Assembly (NCBI GenBank): GCA_964610335.1
Contig: CAZSVP010000001.1
Location: forward strand, 351,442 to 415,441
DNA from: an uncultured Candidatus Saccharibacteria bacterium
GTDB taxonomy: Bacteria; Patescibacteriota; Saccharimonadia; CAILAD01; BJGX01
Reading direction: 5' to 3'
Length of the DNA stretch: 64,000 nt
A program made the position numbers and the translations under genes. The notes below the pieces were generated by a model. That model did no database searches, was not told the origin of the DNA, and saw nothing but the letters and a program-made list of their open reading frames with translations. Shown in pieces: positions 51,889 through 63,465 of the stretch. The first letter of the stretch is position 1; each line of letters opens with the position of its first letter.

Positions 51889-54326
51889 GTTTGGTAAATA
51901 ATGGGGTGAATACTCTCACTTCTACTATCAATGGTGTGGCCGACTCGGATCCAATAGTTAACACAGTTTCTAACTCCTCGGCAGTGAACACACTGACCAC
52001 TACCGTAAATGGAGTAGCTGGCGTAGGTGTATCAATAATTAACAGCAATAGTCTTTCGTTGATCGGCAATAACTTAACATCAACGGTCAATGGCATAGCA
52101 AGCTCAGCACTGGACCTAAGTACTGTCCAGCCTACTACTTGCTCGAGCTCGAGTCAGTACTTCTGTCAAAACGGTAACTCGTTTGGGTCTACTGCGGTGA
52201 TAGGCACCAACGATGCTAACGCCTTGAGGTTTGAGACCGCAGGCACTAGCCGTATCGAGCTTACAACTGCTGGCCACCTTACACCACTTGTAGATGATGC
52301 TCAAGATCTTGGTAGCAGCGTACTGCGTTGGCGCGACTTATACTTAGGACCCGGCACGCTAAATATCGGCTCAAATGCTAGCAACTATGGCATCTCGTTT
52401 GATACTACTGGAGTTGGTAGCTTGGTCTTCAACGAGAATGGCGACGATACCGATGTGCGAATAGAGGGTGACACTGAGGCCAATCTGGTATTTGTTGATG
52501 CTTCTGCTGGTAGAGTTGGCATAGGTACTAACGCACCAGCGGCTTCACTTCATGTTGTGGGTAATATTACTAGTCCGGGCACTGGTAGTAACTCTGAAAA
52601 GTTTGGATTGAACGCGAGTGTTGGAGCAAATGACAACGCTGTTGCGATTGGTAATGCTGCGACAGCGGGAGCTATAAGTAGTACTGCCTTAGGTAGGAGC
52701 GCTAACGCGTCTGGCTCTGGTGCAATAGCAATTGGACAGGGAGCATCTACTGGTTCTGCACAGGCGATTGCAATTGGCCAGGGTCAGGGCGCTGGAGCAA
52801 ACTCTATCCAGATTGGGACAGGGAATAGTAGTTCCAATAATAGTGTAATTTTGGGTACTAGCAATTCAACCAATCGTCACTCACAAATTATTCTAGGTAA
52901 TTCCAATAGTAGCTTTGCTAACGATAGCGTGACAATTATTGGTCACAGCAGCTCCGCAAACTCTGGAGTTGTAATTGGTGATTCTAACACTGGTGGCCGA
53001 GGAGCAATTATAGGCGCTAGTAACACAAATGATACAAATTCTGGTATTAGCTATATATTTGGTGCTAGCAACACAACCAGTGGTATACAAAATGGCCTTC
53101 TACTCGCTGGCCAATTAAATAGTATTACTTCAGCTTATAATTCTACTGCCGTCGGTTTTTCCAACACTGTTACCGGTGCTGGCTCCAATGCCTCAAACGG
53201 TGCATTTGGAAGAAGCAATGTGGTAGATACTTCACTTAATGGCAACAATGGTGGCGGATCGTTTGCATTTGGTTTTAGTAATAATATAACTGATGATGGG
53301 ACAGTCTTGGGTGGCACCAACTCATTTGCTTTTGGTGGCAGTAATTCTATCACCAAAAGCAACGCGTTCGTAGTTGGAAGGAATATTACTAATTCTACTA
53401 ACAACAATATGGAGATAGGGCTGAGCAATGCTGGCAAAATCAGCATCACTAGTGGTGGTTCAGTCGATATCGGTGGTGCAACCGCTCCTACAAATAAGCT
53501 AACCGTTACAGATACTACTACTACCAACGTTGCTCGGTTCAACGGCAGTGCCGGTACCCAGTGTACAGTTGTGGCAGGAACAGGACTGAGTTGTACTAGT
53601 GATGTATCACTAAAAGCTAATGTTTTAGACATGAATATAGTTGGTAGCCTAGCCAAGCTCGGTGCACTTAAGCCAGTCACTTACCAATGGAAAGGAGACT
53701 ATGATCAGTGGGTAGCTAATGGTTCAATCCCTGCATATGAGCCTGGTACTCAATATGGTTTTGTTGCTCAAGATGTTGAGACCGTTCTACCCGAGGCTGT
53801 CGAGACGGACCCTATCACTGGGCTTAAAATGATTAACTATGGCAAGCTCAATACATTTATGGTAGCTGCACTTAAGGAAAACTATGGCTCGATCCAGGCA
53901 TTTCAATCTACGTTTGATCTTTCTAGCCCTACTGTTGTGGGTATAAACCGCAACATTGTTGCTTCAGGCTCACTTGCAGTAGATGGTGCTGCTGTATTCA
54001 ATGGAGCAGTTACTCAAAATGGTTTAAACACCTTCAACTCTTCAGTTAGTTTTGTTGGTACTGCCAACTTTGATGGAACGACTAACGTAAACGGTCGCTT
54101 GCAACTTAGTAATAACAATACTGGATCTGCTACTGTCACAACTGGCAATAGTAGTGTTCATGTGAATTTTCCTACCTCGTTTGCTAGTGCGCCAAATGTA
54201 AATCTTACCCCTCAAGATTTTGTTAATGGCCAGTATAGAGTGACCAATGTTGGCGCTGCTGGCTTTGATATTGAGCTAAGCCAGGTACAAGCAGGCAATA
54301 CGTCGTTTTACTGGCAAGCTTTCTAG
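51321..54326 (+). CDS. Membrane-anchored fibre/adhesin 3 (collagen repeat, YadA-like head repeats, S74 domain)
   Basis: Same N-terminus as fibre 2; AIAIG repeats; CTSDVSLK...GFVAQDVE; FYWQAF. Confidence 0.85.
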   Translation: MEQQSNTTQQPQYEEVDKKSHWLIWLLVGLAALFLVIIIILRGLCTDVWYIRMLGLNDRWCPSPASSLVGKTDLADGSVTGKKVASETITVSNLSQPIQQFITNTEQTLQQITQQISQVSNVPGPAGPVGATGLQGATGPTGATGATGATGPPGPAEPITSNVLNSAGNSLDSTVNGVGSNVVSIINSNSLVNNGVNTLTSTINGVADSDPIVNTVSNSSAVNTLTTTVNGVAGVGVSIINSNSLSLIGNNLTSTVNGIASSALDLSTVQPTTCSSSSQYFCQNGNSFGSTAVIGTNDANALRFETAGTSRIELTTAGHLTPLVDDAQDLGSSVLRWRDLYLGPGTLNIGSNASNYGISFDTTGVGSLVFNENGDDTDVRIEGDTEANLVFVDASAGRVGIGTNAPAASLHVVGNITSPGTGSNSEKFGLNASVGANDNAVAIGNAATAGAISSTALGRSANASGSGAIAIGQGASTGSAQAIAIGQGQGAGANSIQIGTGNSSSNNSVILGTSNSTNRHSQIILGNSNSSFANDSVTIIGHSSSANSGVVIGDSNTGGRGAIIGASNTNDTNSGISYIFGASNTTSGIQNGLLLAGQLNSITSAYNSTAVGFSNTVTGAGSNASNGAFGRSNVVDTSLNGNNGGGSFAFGFSNNITDDGTVLGGTNSFAFGGSNSITKSNAFVVGRNITNSTNNNMEIGLSNAGKISITSGGSVDIGGATAPTNKLTVTDTTTTNVARFNGSAGTQCTVVAGTGLSCTSDVSLKANVLDMNIVGSLAKLGALKPVTYQWKGDYDQWVANGSIPAYEPGTQYGFVAQDVETVLPEAVETDPITGLKMINYGKLNTFMVAALKENYGSIQAFQSTFDLSSPTVVGINRNIVASGSLAVDGAAVFNGAVTQNGLNTFNSSVSFVGTANFDGTTNVNGRLQLSNNNTGSATVTTGNSSVHVNFPTSFASAPNVNLTPQDFVNGQYRVTNVGAAGFDIELSQVQAGNTSFYWQAF

Positions 54327-54378
54327 ACATCTGCATCTGGTAGCTGCTATACTACTACCATAACAACTTTGGAAGAGT

Positions 54379-57036
54379 GTGGAACAGAATAACAATACAA
54401 TACAAAACCAGCAAGGGCCTCAATATGAGGAAACTACCAAACAATCACATTGGCTGATTTGGCTACTCATAGGCTTAGCTTTTCTCTTCTTAATCATCAT
54501 AATAATCTTACGAGGCCTCTGTACTGATGTCTGGTATATCCGGATGCTCGGACTCAATGACAAGTATTGTAGTAGTGCAACTAGCTTACCTAATGCCAAC
54601 AACCAAACTAATCCTAGACTGTCTCTTTCTGGAGCCACTCTTACAGTATCTACCAGTGGTGGTAACCAAAGTATGGTAGACCTCTCTAGTTTGTTACAGC
54701 CAGGTGCCACCGGCCCTGCTGGTCCGGCTGGTGCCAATGGGTTTAACGGCTTCAATGGTAGTACTGGTGCGACAGGTGCAACTGGGGCAACAGGACCTGC
54801 TGGCCCCACCGATCCGTGTGTGAGTGCTGGTACTTACTTCTGTCAAGGTGGAAACACTTACGGTACCACAGCCTTACTAGGCACCAATGACGCACAGGAT
54901 TTGCAAGTGCGTACGGCTGGGACGAGTTCGCTCAACATAGACACACTAGGCAACTTAGTTGCTAACAAAGTCGCGACCCTCGGTGCTTATGGGCAGGCCA
55001 CATTTACGGGGCTGTCTGGTAGCAATATAGTTATTCCTACTGGCGATTTGGCACCAGGAGTTTCAACCTTTACTGATTCCAGCGCGAATATTTTACAGAC
55101 TGAGTCAGCTACACTCATCGGCTCCAACCACAACATGGGTTGGGCCATTAATTCAACCTTGACTGATACCAACAATAATCTAATGTACGCCATAGGCAGT
55201 AATATAAATGGTGGCTATGGGTTTGTGGGGCAATTCGTGGGAGCTTCGATTAGTGGGTCTAGTAATTTGCTAGGTCAATTTGGTAGTCCTGGATTTTTGC
55301 CCACAGTGGTTACTAATAGTAGTAATATTCTTGGTAGTGCAAAATCCGGCACTAGTATTACCAATAGCAGTGATGCATTTCTTAGCTTACAAAATAGCAG
55401 CACAGTAAATCTAGTCACAAATAGCATACTGCGCTTAGACAATGGTACAGCAAATGTTGTTGATCGCTCGATTATTCAAGATGATAATGGTAGTTTTACA
55501 AATGTTCTTGCGGCAGTAGCAAACGGTAGCAATATATCACTAACCAATGTTTTTAATGGTGCTTATTTGGGGACAGGCCTAACAGTAACTGATGCCGATC
55601 GATCTGCTATTACAGGAGTTGGTGTGACCGCAAATGACCTGGTAAACACTAACGCTACAGGTTTTGGGTTGGGTCTGAACAATGTTCACTGGAGTAATAT
55701 CAACGGTTTCAACGCTGATCTTACTGATGTAACTTGGAGTAATTTATTGATTGACGGGGGCTTAGGTGGAACTACCATTCTTGATGTGAGCCACTATACA
55801 GGAGAATTTCTAGGAGACAATACTATTTCTGGTATTTATACAGGTACTGGTATAGTTAGCGACTCTACTGTCAACAATAGTGGTGGCCTTACCGGCATGT
55901 TTACTTTGGCAAATGTAGATAATACAGAAAACATTGTTGGTCATTTTGGTGGGTATTGTAATGGTACGGCTCCTGACGGCCCATTTGGATGTAATGTTGG
56001 TTACAATATCGAGTTTGATCTTCATGATAGCGGCGGCATTGTAGGAATTGCTAGGTGGACTAACATATACAACTCCGGTAGTAGCTTTTTCAACTTGGAT
56101 TCAGCCGACCCGCTTGTATTTGCCTCAGGCGTTACTGGAGTTAATAATAGCTACGTAAATGGTACGGATTTAACACTTGATACTGTAAACTCCAGTATTT
56201 TGGCATCTAGCTTTTCGAGTATTCAACAGTCTACTAGCTTGTTGGCTCTCGGCTCAGACTTGGATCTTAATGGCCTAGACCATGCAATCTTCACAGGCGA
56301 GAATGCGACTATCTCGGATGTCGGTGTAGGCAACTACGACTACTCATTCATCGGCACAGATAGTGCCGGAAATATTAACACACGAATCGGCAACAAAGGC
56401 CAGGACTCGTGGACAAATCTCAGTGGCGGCAACGTCGGTATTGGCACCAACACTCCTACCAGTACCGCTGCTTCTGGAAACCTTGAAGTAGCCGGTAATA
56501 TAAGAGTAGATGGTATAGGTGGTGGCCCATCAGCCAGTACAGTTTGTGTTAATGGCACCAACGATCTCGTACTTTGTTCTTCCTCGGCTCGCTACAAAGA
56601 GAATGTCCAAGAATTATCACTTGGCCTAGAGACATTGATGCAACTCAAAGCTGTTTCATATGATTGGAAAGAAGACGGTACTCATGATCTAGGATTCATA
56701 GCCGAAGACACAGCTGCTATTAGTAGCTTACTTGCTACCTACAATAACCAAGGTGAGATTCAGGGTGTTAAATACGACAAGCTAACAGCAGTAATCACCA
56801 ATGCTGTCCAGCAGCAACAAGGCAAGATTGAAGATATTAACAAACAACTTGCAGCTCAAGGGTTGAGTATTGATGAGTTGAGCGACGAGCTTAAGAAAGT
56901 TATTGGCCGAGTTGATACGCTAGAATCTGAAGTTCAAGACCTCAAGGACCAGGTTAAACAGTTACAAAAACAGGTCAATATCTCGACTGACTCAACAACA
57001 ACACCCAAGAACCCCAACCCTACCACTACTCCTTAG
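54379..57036 (+). CDS. Membrane-anchored fibre/adhesin 4 (collagen repeat, beta-helix, S74 domain, coiled coil)
   Basis: Homologous TM helix + [17 protein letters not shown]; GxY repeat; SSARYKENV...GFIAED; terminal coiled coil. Confidence 0.85.
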   Translation: MEQNNNTIQNQQGPQYEETTKQSHWLIWLLIGLAFLFLIIIIILRGLCTDVWYIRMLGLNDKYCSSATSLPNANNQTNPRLSLSGATLTVSTSGGNQSMVDLSSLLQPGATGPAGPAGANGFNGFNGSTGATGATGATGPAGPTDPCVSAGTYFCQGGNTYGTTALLGTNDAQDLQVRTAGTSSLNIDTLGNLVANKVATLGAYGQATFTGLSGSNIVIPTGDLAPGVSTFTDSSANILQTESATLIGSNHNMGWAINSTLTDTNNNLMYAIGSNINGGYGFVGQFVGASISGSSNLLGQFGSPGFLPTVVTNSSNILGSAKSGTSITNSSDAFLSLQNSSTVNLVTNSILRLDNGTANVVDRSIIQDDNGSFTNVLAAVANGSNISLTNVFNGAYLGTGLTVTDADRSAITGVGVTANDLVNTNATGFGLGLNNVHWSNINGFNADLTDVTWSNLLIDGGLGGTTILDVSHYTGEFLGDNTISGIYTGTGIVSDSTVNNSGGLTGMFTLANVDNTENIVGHFGGYCNGTAPDGPFGCNVGYNIEFDLHDSGGIVGIARWTNIYNSGSSFFNLDSADPLVFASGVTGVNNSYVNGTDLTLDTVNSSILASSFSSIQQSTSLLALGSDLDLNGLDHAIFTGENATISDVGVGNYDYSFIGTDSAGNINTRIGNKGQDSWTNLSGGNVGIGTNTPTSTAASGNLEVAGNIRVDGIGGGPSASTVCVNGTNDLVLCSSSARYKENVQELSLGLETLMQLKAVSYDWKEDGTHDLGFIAEDTAAISSLLATYNNQGEIQGVKYDKLTAVITNAVQQQQGKIEDINKQLAAQGLSIDELSDELKKVIGRVDTLESEVQDLKDQVKQLQKQVNISTDSTTTPKNPNPTTTP

Positions 57037-57149
57037 TTTTTCAGGTTAAAATGCTTGCTTCCAACCTGTTGAGTAGGTATAATAGTAGTATAACTGAGAG
57101 CTAACTATAGCTTATGTTTTATTTGTCTAAATGTAGGGTGATATACTAG

Positions 57150-59219
<2,070 letters not shown>

Positions 59220-59227
59220 GGAATACC

Positions 59228-61756
59228 ATGAGTGAATTACCAGAAGAGAAAATAAAGGCCTTCGACAACGAGAACTTTGAACCGCAAAAAACAGAGTTTG
59301 GTTTGATTGCGCCAAAGACAGTTGAGTCTGAGATGGAGAAGAGTTATCTCGATTATGCTATGAGCGTAATTGTTTCTCGTGCTTTGCCTGACGTACGTGA
59401 TGGTATGAAACCGGTACATCGTCGCATCATGTACACCATGCTACAAGAGGGGTTGCGCTCCAACTCCAAGTATCGTAAGAGTGCCAACACTGTTGGTGTA
59501 GTAATGGCTAAATACCATCCTCATGGTGATGCTGCTATCTACGATTCTATGGCTCGCATGGCGCAATATTGGTCGATGCGCTACATGCTGGTAGATGGTC
59601 AAGGTAACTTTGGTTCAATGGATGGCGATGCACCAGCTGCTATGCGATACACCGAAGCACGTATGACCAAGGTGGCAGAGGAAATGCTTCAAGATATCGA
59701 GAAAGAAACTGTAGACTTTGCACCCAACTACGATGGCAGTCAACGTGAGCCAAAGGTATTGCCAGCCAAGCTGCCAAACTTGTTGCTCAATGGTGTGCAG
59801 GGTATCGCTGTTGGTATGGCCACCAATATCCCAACTCACAACCTTAGTGAAGTGATTGATGGTGTGATTTGTTTGATCGATACTCCCGAGGCAGGTGTGC
59901 TGGAACTCACCAAGATAATCAAAGGGCCAGACTTCCCTACCGGTGGAATTATTTTTGATGATGGCTCTATAGCCCAGGCTTATGGCACTGGTAAGGGTAG
60001 TATTGTAATGCGAGCAGTTGCAGAAATAGAAGAGGATAAGAAAGGCCGTGAGCGGATTGTAATTACTGAGATCCCCTATCAAGTAAATCGCGCAACATTG
60101 ATCGAGAAGATAGCAGAACTGCATCGCGACAAGAAAGTAATGGGTATTGCCGACCTTCGTGATGAGTCTGCCAAAGAAGATGTTCGTATAGTCATAGAAC
60201 TCAAAAAAGATGCTTACGCCAACAAGCTGCTCAATCAGCTATACAAGCTTACACCAATGCAGACAGCTTTCCATGTCAATATGCTGGCTTTGGTAGATGG
60301 TATCCAGCCCCGCGTATTGAATCTCGAAATGGTACTACGTGAGTATCTAAAGCATCGTCAAGCAGTGGTTCGACGTCGAACCGAGTTTGAGTTACGCAAA
60401 GCCAAAGATCGCGCTCATATACTAGAAGGCTTACGAATTGCTCTGGACCAAATCGACAAAGTAATCTCAACTATTCGAGAATCTGATACTCAAGACGAGG
60501 CTCGAGCAAACTTGATGAGCCGGTTTAAACTTACTGAGATCCAAGCCAACGCAATTCTCGCCATGCAGCTACGTACACTGGCTGGGCTAGAGCGTAAGAA
60601 GATTGAAGACGAATACGAAGAGCTTCAAAAACTTATTAAGCAGCTCGAGGGTATATTAAGTAGTGAAGCCAATATTCTCAAAGTTATTCGTGAAGAATTG
60701 GTTGAGATGAAAGAAAAGTACGGCGACAAGCGACGTACTCAGATTATCAAAAAAGCAATTGGCAACTTTAGCGACGAAGACCTTATACCCGATGAAGAAG
60801 TAATAATTACTCTTACCAAAGGTAACTATATCAAGCGAATTCCAGCCAATACTTATGCCAGCCAGGGACGTGGCGGCAAAGGTAAGATGGGCATGACCAC
60901 CAAGGAAGAGGATGTCGTAGAGCACTTAGTACACGCTAACTCTCACAATACTATCTTGTTCTTTACCTCAGCAGGTAGAGTGTTCAAACTCAAGGCCTAC
61001 GAGCTTCCACCTGCCTCACGAGTAGCTAAGGGTGCTTCGATCATGAATGTTCTCAACCTCAGCCCAGACGAAAAAGTCACTGCTCTAGTAGGCCTAACCA
61101 AGGATGACCCAACTCAGTATTTGTTTATGGCAACTCGTGGTGGTACTATCAAAAAAACAGCTCTCAAAGATTTTGCGAATATTCGTACCAATGGCATAGT
61201 GGCTATCAAACTTGACCAGGGCGATGAGCTACGTTGGGTGAAGAAGACAACTGGCAAAGACGAAGTGATTATCTCAACCGCTATGGCCCAGGCAATTCGC
61301 TTTAAGGAAACTGATGTTCGTCCAATGGGTCGAGCCACTCGTGGTGTTCGTGGCATACGTTTGCGAAGCGAGGATAGCGTGGTGGGAGTAGATGTGATTG
61401 GTAGTACAGAGGCTGTTATGCTTGTTGTTATGAAGAATGGTTATGGTAAGCGTACCAGTTCTTCACAATTTACTACTCACAATCGTGGTGGTGTTGGCAT
61501 CCGGGCTGGCGTGGTGACCAAGAAGACTGGCAAGGCGCTTGATGTTCGTATCACCAACAATGATAACGCCGATGTGCTGCTTATATCCAAGCAAGGTCAA
61601 GTAATTCGTCTGCATCTCAAGGCAATTCCTAAGATAGGACGTTCAACTCAGGGCGTACGAATCATGCGACTAAACGAAAACGATGAGATTGCCTCAGTGG
61701 CTGTACTTGAAGAAGTAGAAGAGATTGCAGAAAAGGAAACTTCGGCCAAAGAATAA
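59228..61756 (+). CDS. gyrA: DNA gyrase subunit A
   Basis: RALPDVRDG, YHPHGD, AAMRYTE, GyrA-box QGRGGKG, C-terminal pinwheel repeats. Confidence 0.98.
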   Translation: MSELPEEKIKAFDNENFEPQKTEFGLIAPKTVESEMEKSYLDYAMSVIVSRALPDVRDGMKPVHRRIMYTMLQEGLRSNSKYRKSANTVGVVMAKYHPHGDAAIYDSMARMAQYWSMRYMLVDGQGNFGSMDGDAPAAMRYTEARMTKVAEEMLQDIEKETVDFAPNYDGSQREPKVLPAKLPNLLLNGVQGIAVGMATNIPTHNLSEVIDGVICLIDTPEAGVLELTKIIKGPDFPTGGIIFDDGSIAQAYGTGKGSIVMRAVAEIEEDKKGRERIVITEIPYQVNRATLIEKIAELHRDKKVMGIADLRDESAKEDVRIVIELKKDAYANKLLNQLYKLTPMQTAFHVNMLALVDGIQPRVLNLEMVLREYLKHRQAVVRRRTEFELRKAKDRAHILEGLRIALDQIDKVISTIRESDTQDEARANLMSRFKLTEIQANAILAMQLRTLAGLERKKIEDEYEELQKLIKQLEGILSSEANILKVIREELVEMKEKYGDKRRTQIIKKAIGNFSDEDLIPDEEVIITLTKGNYIKRIPANTYASQGRGGKGKMGMTTKEEDVVEHLVHANSHNTILFFTSAGRVFKLKAYELPPASRVAKGASIMNVLNLSPDEKVTALVGLTKDDPTQYLFMATRGGTIKKTALKDFANIRTNGIVAIKLDQGDELRWVKKTTGKDEVIISTAMAQAIRFKETDVRPMGRATRGVRGIRLRSEDSVVGVDVIGSTEAVMLVVMKNGYGKRTSSSQFTTHNRGGVGIRAGVVTKKTGKALDVRITNNDNADVLLISKQGQVIRLHLKAIPKIGRSTQGVRIMRLNENDEIASVAVLEEVEEIAEKETSAKE

Positions 61757-61953
61757 CAAATCGCTATTGCTTGACTTACTTAGTTGCAAAGGCGTATAAC
61801 AACAATCATACCGAAAAAAGTTTGGTAAAAAACAAAGAATTATTGGAAATTGTATTGCACCTTTTTTAAGACCTTTGGTATAGTCAGTATAGACATGGTT
61901 GATTTCTTTCTAGGAAGGGCGGCTCAATCAATGTTTTCACTAAGGAGTAATTT

Positions 61954-62787
61954 ATGTTTGTACGCTCGGTTCGTTTCGTACTTTTGCTACTGCTAGTGGT
62001 CGCCGCTTTTGGCGCCAGTGCTGTTCGCGCTCATGCAGCCGCAGAAGTACGCAACGAAGAATCGTCCACATCTTCTAGCCAATCCGAATCCAGCTCACAA
62101 GTCTCAGTTCAGCAAACTGTGGTTGAAGAACACGCTATTCAGACAAGTGGCTCAGCGTTATCACAAGGAGAGACTGACGGAGGTGGTTTACAAACAAAGC
62201 CAGAAGAGCTAGTAAGCCAATCTAATCAAATTGTGGAGTCCACTCAGCGGGCTGCGTTGGTTACTAGTGACACTGTAGAAACAAAAGAAACTTCCAGCAG
62301 GGCTACGGCAAAACAGTATTCTAATTACGCCGCAAATAAGCATGTGGTATTGGCTGCAGAGAGTCATACCACTCCAGTGCAGTTGCAGCCAACTCCAGCT
62401 ACACAAACAACACCACAGCCCAATGATCCAGTATCCAATAGCTCCAACCCGTTGATGGTACTATTGTCGGCAACTTCGAATGCTATCTTTACAATTTCTG
62501 GTAGCTTATTACACATGCTAAATGCAGTGGTACCGCTAAGCACTAGCTACATGCTTGTAGGGTTAGTACTTACCACTCTTATGGTTTTGCTACTTGCTAG
62601 CGTTGTGGTAACTTACCTTAAGCGCATGGGTTTTGCCCACGGTGCACGTTCCAATCCTGTAGCACAAGCTACTATCTTTCTTTTTGTAAAATCGAGTTCA
62701 AAATGGTTTGCCAAACAGGACTCGGTTTTTTCGTATTTGGTTTCAAACAAAATAATGAAATTACATAATGTAGGAGGAATACTATGA
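61954..62787 (+). CDS. Hypothetical exported Ser/Thr/Gln-rich membrane protein
   Basis: AAGGAG RBS, signal peptide (AHA), low-complexity middle, C-terminal hydrophobic helices. Confidence 0.65.
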   Translation: MFVRSVRFVLLLLLVVAAFGASAVRAHAAAEVRNEESSTSSSQSESSSQVSVQQTVVEEHAIQTSGSALSQGETDGGGLQTKPEELVSQSNQIVESTQRAALVTSDTVETKETSSRATAKQYSNYAANKHVVLAAESHTTPVQLQPTPATQTTPQPNDPVSNSSNPLMVLLSATSNAIFTISGSLLHMLNAVVPLSTSYMLVGLVLTTLMVLLLASVVVTYLKRMGFAHGARSNPVAQATIFLFVKSSSKWFAKQDSVFSYLVSNKIMKLHNVGGIL

Positions 62788-63365
62788 GAAAAGCAAAATT
62801 AATCGCAGCAGCTAGTTTGTTGGTAAGCTTGGCAACTGCAGGTGTTGCCCACGCCGATAGCACAGTTATTACTGGTACTGGTGCAGGCAGCACAAACAGC
62901 GCGAATATTACTAACACTTATGTCGAGACAGTAGTGAACACTGACACAGTAGTCGCTAACAACGTCAATGGCCAAGGTGGCAACACTGGTAATGGTCAAG
63001 TCAACGGTAATACTACTGGTGGCGATGCTGTCAGCGGCAGTGTCAACAACAGCAACTCATTTGTAACAACCGTTGCTATTAGCAATATTGGTGGCCAAGG
63101 TGGAAGCTCTACAACAGTTGTTCCAGCTTCAACTGAAGAAACCACAGTTGCTCAACTACCACGTACTGGTGGTGGTTTGGTAGATATGCGCTTGCTAGAT
63201 GCCTTAATGCGAGCCCGACAAGGTGTACTTAGCCAGGCACCGATGAGCTTGCCGCAGTGGAGTTGGGGCATGACAGCTCTAGCTGCCGCAGTTGCGCTTG
63301 GTAGCACGTATGGCTATGGCCGACTTATGAGTCGACGCATTAACAAACTCGCCGCTACTGTCTAA
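62784..63365 (+). CDS. Secreted Asn/Thr/Gly-rich repeat protein with LPRTG and a C-terminal TM helix
   Basis: AGGAGG RBS; signal peptide AHA/D; one repeat ending GNTTGGDAVSG; LPRTG, hydrophobic helix, basic tail. Confidence 0.75.
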   Translation: MRKAKLIAAASLLVSLATAGVAHADSTVITGTGAGSTNSANITNTYVETVVNTDTVVANNVNGQGGNTGNGQVNGNTTGGDAVSGSVNNSNSFVTTVAISNIGGQGGSSTTVVPASTEETTVAQLPRTGGGLVDMRLLDALMRARQGVLSQAPMSLPQWSWGMTALAAAVALGSTYGYGRLMSRRINKLAATV

Positions 63366-63372
63366 CAGTACT

Positions 63373-63432
63373 GGACCCTTCGTGGGTCCATCTCGGTGAT
63401 GTCAATCATCGAGATGGGCTCGAGAAAAGCCC
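63373..63432 (+). other. Three consecutive intergenic hairpins
   Basis: GGACCC/GGGTCC, CATCTCGGTGA/TCATCGAGATG, GGGCT/AGCCC. Confidence 0.55.
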
Positions 63433-63465
63433 AAGAAAATAATTAATGATAGGAGGTGAAAACCT

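Noticed and set aside
45543-57036. Prophage tail module
   Set aside because: No capsid, terminase, portal, integrase or lysis genes. The proteins have N-terminal TM anchors and their own promoter-like elements.
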